A DNA stretch of 64,000 nucleotides, taken from assembly GCA_045805205.1 (NCBI GenBank), contig JBJMLR010000009.1, forward strand, positions 197,658-261,657, in the 5' to 3' direction. Below the pieces are notes generated by a model. It made no database searches and had not been told where the DNA came from. It saw only the letters and a list, made by a program, of their open reading frames with translations. Origin of the DNA: Bacteroidia bacterium (GTDB lineage: Bacteria > Bacteroidota > Bacteroidia > 2-12-FULL-35-15). Shown here piece by piece: positions 58,258-64,000 of this stretch. Position numbers and translations under genes: made by a program. Numbering within the stretch: the stretch's first letter is position 1; every line of letters starts with the position of its first letter.

Positions 58258-59016
58258 ATGTCGAAAATAGCCAAAAACATTAGTGTTCTGAGGGCACTAA
58301 AAAAATTATCCCAAACTCAGTTAGCGGATGAATTGAACATTTCGAGGTCCCGTTTAGGTTCTTATGAAGAAGGAAGAGCAGAGCCTCCGTATGATCTTTT
58401 GATCAAAATTGCGGATCATTTTCATGTTGCTATTGATGCTTTGGTGAGAGGAGATCTTGCAAAAACAGATCCGGACTCTTTAATGGAGATCGGTAAGAAC
58501 AGGATCCTGTTCCCGGTGATCGTGGATCGTCAAAACCAGGATATGGTGGAAGTGGTTCCTGCAAAAGCGGTAGCCGGTTATTTAAATGGTTATGCTGATC
58601 CTGAATTCATCGAAGATCTTCCAACAATGAACCTTCCTTTCAAGATCATTGGAAAGCACCGTGCATTTTCTATCAAAGGAGATTCTATGCCTCCGTTAAA
58701 AGATGGAACTTTTGTAGTCGGTAAATATGTAGAATCGCTGAGCGAGATCAAAGAAGGACAAACGTATATCGTGCTTACAAAAGAAGATGGTGTGGTGTAC
58801 AAACGCCTATACCGTGAAGACAAAAAAAGCACCGATGTTTTCCAGTTTCATTCGGATAACCCGGCATATTCACCTTATACTGTGAAGTCGGAAAACATCA
58901 TCGAGATCTGGAGCTTTATCTGCAGTCTGAATATCGGCGAGTTCAAGCCACAGGATCTCAACCTGGAAAGCATGATCAGATTCCTGCAGTCGTTCAGAGT
59001 GGAGATGGGGAAATAA
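58258..59016 (+). CDS. XRE-family HTH plus S24 (LexA/CI-like) peptidase-domain repressor
   Basis: HTH is LKKLSQTQLADELNISRSRLGSYEEG. The C-terminal S24 part has the FSIKGDSMPP (G-D-S-M) nucleophile motif and a later VYKRL lysine. Start chosen at MSKIAKN. Confidence 0.7.
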   Translation: MSKIAKNISVLRALKKLSQTQLADELNISRSRLGSYEEGRAEPPYDLLIKIADHFHVAIDALVRGDLAKTDPDSLMEIGKNRILFPVIVDRQNQDMVEVVPAKAVAGYLNGYADPEFIEDLPTMNLPFKIIGKHRAFSIKGDSMPPLKDGTFVVGKYVESLSEIKEGQTYIVLTKEDGVVYKRLYREDKKSTDVFQFHSDNPAYSPYTVKSENIIEIWSFICSLNIGEFKPQDLNLESMIRFLQSFRVEMGK

Positions 59017-59090
59017 TAATATCATAGCCCGGGGTTAAAAATAATATCATAGCCCGGGGTTAAAACCACCGGGCTATGATATTATTATTT
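59014..59090. repeat. REP/BIME-like palindromic unit: a 26-bp direct repeat x2 plus an inverted copy forming an ~18-bp-stem hairpin
   Basis: aataatatcatagcccggggttaaaa appears twice, followed by ccaccgggctatgatattatt. It sits immediately upstream of the IS200-like/RAYT gene. Confidence 0.7.
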
Positions 59091-59162
59091 CATAGCGGTC
59101 GGCTTTAGTCGGCAAAACAGCAAAACAGTTAAAATTGCCCGCTCCGGCATAAATGATGATCT

Positions 59163-59540
59163 ATGTCATATGTAAGAGTGTGGGTGCATCTGGTGTTTTC
59201 AACAAAAAACAGGGAGACACTGCTGAAAAAAGAAATCCGCGAGCAAATCCGACAACACATCAAAGAAAATTGCAAGGAGAAAGGTATTTTCCTCCAGGCA
59301 ATTAATGGCTACGAAGACCACTTACATTGTCTTATATCCCTGGGCTGTGACCAAACCATCGCCAAAGTTGCCCAAATGATAAAGGGCGAATCCTCTTATT
59401 GGATCAACAAGAACAAACTAGTACCCGGAGAGTTCATGTGGCAAAATGAATATTATGCCAATTCCGTTAGTGAGTCAGAAAAAAGAAAAATCGAAAGCTA
59501 TATCAGAAATCAAGAGAAGAAACATGCAATTTCAGGGTAA
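59163..59540 (+). mobile_element. IS200/IS605-family Y1 (HuH) transposase, possibly a REP-associated tyrosine transposase (RAYT)
   Basis: 125 aa. MSYVRVWVHLVFSTKNRE..., HuH motif HLHCLIS and the catalytic-Tyr region GESSYWINK. There is no companion tnpB. Confidence 0.8.
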
Positions 59541-59556
59541 GGACTAATGCCAGCTT

Positions 59557-60552
59557 TTATTTCAACCTGATACTCTCCGCAATCTTGGTAAGATCATCAA
59601 GCGCGGAATTTTGATCGCTGATCATCACCACATGAACGATCAGCCCTTGTTCAACCTGTCCGTTATCAAAAAGCTGTTCGCGCTCAATAATATTCTGTGA
59701 TTTGATATCAAAGGAAAGCCAGTCTGCTTTTTTTTCGAGAAAGCTACCTTTCACCGTTTTAGCGTCTTTTTCCGTTAAGCCATAGCTTTTATATAACGGC
59801 GAAGGATGATTGCCAAGATAAATGATCATTTTAACCCAGCTCGTGTCACTCATCAGCTGGTACTTGTGCAGCTTAAACACCTGGAAATCGTATTGCTGGT
59901 CAGTTGTGATGAAGTAATCCGCAGGAAGATCGAAAATAAAGTTTTTCTTAGAGCCATAAAGCGCATGTGTTTCTTTCCGCGCAGTCCGGGTATTGGCGCG
60001 GGCTCCTTTTGAAAGCGTTGAGAAGACTGTCTCCGTCAGCTTCTGAAAATGTTCCCGCTGCTCATAAGCCGCAGGATTAATATATGCACTGATCTTGAAA
60101 AGTGTATTATCCTGTGTTTTTACCAACAGGCTGTTGACGAGGATCGCATTCTGGGTCGAGTCAAAGCTTAGCGGACTTGATAAAATCGAAAATAGGCTGT
60201 CCTTTTCACAAAGTACCTTCGTCCGGAAATTTATTTTTTCATTTTGCTCTTTCACGCGATCCAGCATCTTATTGTCGCCCAGTGAAAACAGCTCCTGCGC
60301 ATAAAAAACCAGCCGCATTTCACCGAGGTCGAGAACGATCCGTGTTTCTTCGTTCTCATTAGGATCTGCAGACATAATATCGACACCCCTTTTTATGTTT
60401 TTTGCATAAACCGGAAAATCAAAAAATGCCCGGTCATTCAGGATCGATTGTTTGTTGCCGATCCGGATCGTATCCGGATTTTGCGCATGGATGCCCAGGC
60501 AAAGTATTCCAAAAAGGAATGAAAGGCAGGTACGGGAGTAGTTTCTATTCAT
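59557..60552 (-). CDS. hypothetical secreted protein
   Basis: 331 aa. Signal peptide CLSFLFGILCLGIHAQ. No recognised motif. Confidence 0.4.
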   Translation of the reverse strand: MNRNYSRTCLSFLFGILCLGIHAQNPDTIRIGNKQSILNDRAFFDFPVYAKNIKRGVDIMSADPNENEETRIVLDLGEMRLVFYAQELFSLGDNKMLDRVKEQNEKINFRTKVLCEKDSLFSILSSPLSFDSTQNAILVNSLLVKTQDNTLFKISAYINPAAYEQREHFQKLTETVFSTLSKGARANTRTARKETHALYGSKKNFIFDLPADYFITTDQQYDFQVFKLHKYQLMSDTSWVKMIIYLGNHPSPLYKSYGLTEKDAKTVKGSFLEKKADWLSFDIKSQNIIEREQLFDNGQVEQGLIVHVVMISDQNSALDDLTKIAESIRLK

Positions 60553-60566
60553 GCGTTTTGTTGTTT

Positions 60567-62522
60567 TTAGTTTCCCAGCTTCTTCCGGCCTTTCCAGACA
60601 ATATTCAAGTCGTTCTCGATCTTGTAGTCCTTCGAGTAGGCAAGATGCAAGCGGTTGCGTGTGTCGGGCGTTATTGCAATGTTGGCGATCACATCGGCCG
60701 GCGAAAGAACAGAAGGCTTTATTTTAGGAAGCTGCTCCTGCGATTCCTTTCCATAGCCTACCCAGGATCTGACCCCGAATAATACGGCAAAAATATTTCC
60801 GAAGAAACCGCCCTTGTTTTCCTGGAAAGCAAACAGGACAGGAGAGAGGATCAGCAGCAATAAAGCGGAAAGAAAATCGAATAATCTTTTATTGCGTTTG
60901 TTTTTCGGTTTCCCGATAGAGTTTACATCAATGATATACAGATCTCCGGCAGTATCAATTGAATTGCTCCCGATGATCGATAAGCTCTCCGGCGGTGCGA
61001 TCTTAAAATCAACATCTGCCGAAACCAGTGTGTGCATATGATCGATGATCACCTGGGAAGAGATATCGCGGGAGCAGAAAATGACTTCGTTTATTTTGTA
61101 GATCTCGATCACTTCACTCACCTGGTTGATATCTCCTACATGATCCTTATGCTTTTTTCCGCTGCCATCGATACTGATGAATCCTGCAAAGCTGAAATTG
61201 ATATTCGTCTGCTTCAGCAAAATGATCACCCGGTCAAACTCTTCCGGTGTGCCGATCACGGCGACCCGTTTACTCTTATCCGGATTCAGGCTGAATTGTT
61301 TCAGCCCGCTGAGGTGAAGAAGGAGCCGTGAAACGAGATAAGAGGTGATCACCCAGGCCATTCCGAAAAGGATCAGCGCACGCGAAAAGCGGTAGGCTTC
61401 AGGCAATAATGAATACCCGATCAGGATGATCCCGGTTCCGACCAGCACACCCCTGAAAATGCGGAACAACCGGATCGGCTTGTCATAGCCGCCGCTGAGG
61501 TAAACGGTGAACATCCAGATGAGAATATAAACAGGAAAAGCGACGGATATGATCGTATCGGAATAATGACCTCCCGCAATGAATTTGAAATTCTTAGCGT
61601 AATAATCTTTGATCAGCATCAGTCCTGCAAAGATGAAAGCAAAATCCAGGGCAGGCAATGCGATCGATTTCAGGAAGCGGATGATGATCGCAGCACCGGC
61701 TCTCAGCCAGATCGCAAAGTTGATCAGGAGGGAAAAGGTTTTTGCATTGTTTTGCGAAAAATGCTTCTTCGCAAAAATGACCATTGCTTTGTAGAAAACG
61801 AACACGTAGTTCACACTGCTTTTTTTCGTGCTCTCTCCTTTGTAATGAATGATCCGTGTCTCCGGAAAATAATAATTTTTGTACCCGCCCAGGAGGATAC
61901 GATACGAAAGGTCGATATCTTCTCCATACATGAAGAATGTTTCATCCAGCAATCCCACTTTGTCGAGTGCATTTTTCCGCATCAGCATAAATGCTCCCGA
62001 GAGGATATCTACTTCGTTGGTTTTATCCTTATCTAAAAAGCCAAGATGATACCTGCCAAAAGTTTTAGAGCGTGGAAATAACCGGGAAAGACCGAAGATC
62101 TTATAAAACGCAACAGCCGGCGTAGGAAGTCCGCGCTTGGATTCCGGCAGGAAGTTACCTTTCCCATCCAGCATTTTTACACCCAGTCCGCCTGCATCAG
62201 GATGTTGATCCATGAATGCGGTCACCTTTTCAAAAGTGTCCTCTTCAACAACCGTATCTGGGTTCAGCAAAAGAACATATTCCCCTTTTGAAATTTTGAT
62301 CGCCTGGTTGTTTGCGTAGGAGAAGCCTGTATTCTTTTTATTTTCGATGAGCTGAACTTCCGGGAATTTCTCTTTCACCATTGCGATGGAACCATCCACC
62401 GAATTATTGTCGACTACGAAGATCTCGGTTGACAGGTTTTTCGAAGCTTTCCTTACGGAATAGAGGCATTGTTCCAGAAAATGCTGAACGTTGTAATTGA
62501 CGATGATGATGCTTAGCTTCAT
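60567..62522 (-). CDS. GT2 glycosyltransferase fused to a polytopic, sugar-transferase-like (WcaJ/PglB-N-like) membrane module
   Basis: N-terminus LSIIIVNYNVQHFLEQCL...VVDNNSVDGS (GT2). Then about six TM helices, a Rossmann-like RVAVIGTPEEFDRV segment, and KRLFDFLSALLLLILSPVLF, the start of a Bac_transf domain. The canonical C-terminal catalytic block is not seen. Confidence 0.6.
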   Translation of the reverse strand: MKLSIIIVNYNVQHFLEQCLYSVRKASKNLSTEIFVVDNNSVDGSIAMVKEKFPEVQLIENKKNTGFSYANNQAIKISKGEYVLLLNPDTVVEEDTFEKVTAFMDQHPDAGGLGVKMLDGKGNFLPESKRGLPTPAVAFYKIFGLSRLFPRSKTFGRYHLGFLDKDKTNEVDILSGAFMLMRKNALDKVGLLDETFFMYGEDIDLSYRILLGGYKNYYFPETRIIHYKGESTKKSSVNYVFVFYKAMVIFAKKHFSQNNAKTFSLLINFAIWLRAGAAIIIRFLKSIALPALDFAFIFAGLMLIKDYYAKNFKFIAGGHYSDTIISVAFPVYILIWMFTVYLSGGYDKPIRLFRIFRGVLVGTGIILIGYSLLPEAYRFSRALILFGMAWVITSYLVSRLLLHLSGLKQFSLNPDKSKRVAVIGTPEEFDRVIILLKQTNINFSFAGFISIDGSGKKHKDHVGDINQVSEVIEIYKINEVIFCSRDISSQVIIDHMHTLVSADVDFKIAPPESLSIIGSNSIDTAGDLYIIDVNSIGKPKNKRNKRLFDFLSALLLLILSPVLFAFQENKGGFFGNIFAVLFGVRSWVGYGKESQEQLPKIKPSVLSPADVIANIAITPDTRNRLHLAYSKDYKIENDLNIVWKGRKKLGN

Positions 62523-62532
62523 TCGGATGCGT

Positions 62533-62650
62533 CAATTAGTTAATGTGATAATTAGTTGATGTGATAATGTGCGGATTGTAAGGTATAGTTCTCTCTGTCA
62601 TTTGAGGGGAGCAAATTAACACATTGTCACATTATCATATTATTTAATTG
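62533..62650. repeat. AT-rich GTGATAAT-type tandem repeat with a downstream inverted partial copy
   Basis: ttaatgtgataattagttgatgtgataatgtg ... cacattgtcacattatcatattatttaattg. Confidence 0.6.
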
Positions 62651-63260
62651 AAAGCGAGTTCTCATACGGAGTACGATTCACGATCGAACGCCCCAAAGTA
62701 ACTTCATCAGCATACTCCAGTTCATCACCGATCGAGATCCCCCGTGCAATTGTGCTGACGGTCAGGTTAAATTCCTTCAGCCGTTTGTAGATATAAAAAT
62801 TGGTCGTATCGCCTTCCATTGTTGTGCTCAGGGCCATGATCACTTCCCTGATCTCTCCCGCAGCCGCTTTGACTACCAGGCTTTCAATATGCAGATCCGA
62901 AGGGCCTACGCCATCCATCGGTGAAATGATCCCTCCCAGAACGTGATATACACCCCGATATTGCTGGGTGTTCTCAATCGCCATCACATCCCGGATATCT
63001 TCTACCACGCATACCGTTCCATGATCACGGTGAGTATTGGAACACACTTCGCATAAAGGCTTGTCGGAAACATTATGACATTTTTCACAATAGCGGAGCT
63101 CGGATCTTAACTTAATAAATGCATTTCCGAACTGGCTCACATCTGCCGGATCCTGTTTCATCAAATGCAATACAAAACGCAAAGCGGTCCGCTTTCCCAC
63201 ACCCGGCAACTTGCTGAATTCATTTACAGCTTCTTCTATCAATTTGGACGAAAAGTTCAT
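62640..63260 (-). CDS. recR: recombination protein RecR
   Basis: [12 protein letters not shown] (HhH), Cys4 zinc finger CEKCHN...CEVC and a Toprim domain. Confidence 0.9.
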   Translation of the reverse strand: MNFSSKLIEEAVNEFSKLPGVGKRTALRFVLHLMKQDPADVSQFGNAFIKLRSELRYCEKCHNVSDKPLCEVCSNTHRDHGTVCVVEDIRDVMAIENTQQYRGVYHVLGGIISPMDGVGPSDLHIESLVVKAAAGEIREVIMALSTTMEGDTTNFYIYKRLKEFNLTVSTIARGISIGDELEYADEVTLGRSIVNRTPYENSLSIK

Positions 63261-63347
63261 GAACCCAAAATTACTGAATTTTACCGAGGTTTTAACCTCC
63301 TGATGAGTCTTCTAATATGTATTTTTGCACAGCTAAAAGTAAATAGC

Positions 63348-64000
63348 ATGAAGCTTTACAGAACTCTTGTAAATGCAGTGACCGATACGCTACGGAAAAT
63401 TTTCCGGGAAGGACGCCATGCCGATAAAGCAGTCGAGGAGATATTGAAAAGCAATCCCCGGTTCGGTTCGCGCGACAGGAAGTTTATCGCCGAAAACGTG
63501 TATGGGATGGTTCGCTGGTGGAGACTGCTTACAGAAACAGCAGGAACAGATGAGAATTTCCTCCGGCTTTTTGCAATATGGTCCGTTATCAGCGGCCGTG
63601 AATTGCCGGATTGGGAGGAGTTCGGGGAAATTGACAATGAAAAAATTCTTGCAAAGCACAGCGAGCTGCTCTCAGTAAGAAAATACCGGGAGTCGGTTCC
63701 CGACTGGCTGGATGAGATGGCTTGCAGGGAACTGGGCGAGCCGGTTTGGACAAAAGAGCTTCACGCGCTTAACCAGGAAGCAGCGGTTGTGCTCCGGGTG
63801 AATGAGCTGAAAACGTCCGTAGAACAGCTTCAGCAAATGCTTGCTGCGAAGCAGGTTGAAACGAAAAGGACCAGTGAGTGCGGGTTGATACTGCTGAAAC
63901 GACAAAATCTTCAGCAGCTCGAAGAATACAAAGCCGGCCTGTTTGAGATCCAGGATGCTTCCTCACAGCTCATTGCACCGTTTATGGAATTGAAGAGCGG
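63348..64000 (+). CDS. RsmB/Sun-family rRNA methyltransferase, N-terminal part (runs off the window end)
   Basis: Hand translation MKLYRTLVNAVTDTLRKIFREGRHADKAVEEILKSNPRFGSRDRKFIAENVYGMVRWWRLL... has no stop up to position 64000. The NusB-like N-domain pattern is typical of RsmB/RsmF. Confidence 0.55.
   Translation, partial: MKLYRTLVNAVTDTLRKIFREGRHADKAVEEILKSNPRFGSRDRKFIAENVYGMVRWWRLLTETAGTDENFLRLFAIWSVISGRELPDWEEFGEIDNEKILAKHSELLSVRKYRESVPDWLDEMACRELGEPVWTKELHALNQEAAVVLRVNELKTSVEQLQQMLAAKQVETKRTSECGLILLKRQNLQQLEEYKAGLFEIQDASSQLIAPFMELKS

Overview
The window is a 64-kb chromosomal segment that looks Bacteroidota-like (Chitinophagia/Sphingobacteriia-type). Evidence for that: five proteins end in a T9SS/Por C-terminal sorting domain, there is a TAnnTTTG -7 promoter box upstream of rpmH, and TPR, SBBP, PKD and BNR cargo proteins are present. 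Housekeeping genes are accA, ispE, lptF/G-family permease, tgt, an ECF-type sigma factor, rsmG, an MsbA-like ABC exporter, rpmH (missed by the ORF track because it is under 60 aa), carB, an ArsR-AHSA1-AHSA1 operon, an SDR oxidoreductase, an M1 aminopeptidase, recR and a partial rsmB-like gene. Three regions stand out.

(1) A roughly 4.3-kb strongly AT-rich insertion lies directly downstream of carB (about 22.0-26.4 kb). It is bracketed by near-identical inverted copies of a dispersed ~37-bp element. Beside it sits a ~120-bp x3 tandem array in which each unit re-encodes the last ~20 codons of carB plus a stop. The insertion carries three co-oriented genes: an Abi_2/Swt1-like HEPN protein with an R-x4-H motif, a membrane-anchored PD-(D/E)xK nuclease-like protein, and a repeat-rich coiled-coil membrane protein. 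I regard it as a candidate, apparently undescribed, phage-defence/abortive-infection cassette.

(2) A complete pseudaminic-acid pathway (pseB, pseC, a pseG-pseH fusion, pseI, pseF-like) lies at about 36.3-52.1 kb. It sits inside a glycan locus with two Wzx-like flippases, two methyltransferases, a PhyH-like dioxygenase, a hexapeptide acetyltransferase, a GT2, a Maf/DUF115-like putative nonulosonic-acid transferase and two embedded T9SS cargo genes. This is consistent with a Bacteroidota protein O-glycosylation or surface-glycan locus.

(3) The genome carries unusual intergenic repeat families. One is an 8-mer tandem repeat (GTRAYTRG) seen at six or more loci. The others are AT-rich GTGATAATTA-type relatives and a dispersed cgtcattgcgag...cgaagcaatc element.

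Also present is an XRE-HTH/S24 LexA-like repressor next to a REP/BIME-like palindrome and an IS200-like (RAYT) transposase. All calls rest on manual reading of the translations and sequence; no database searches were possible.
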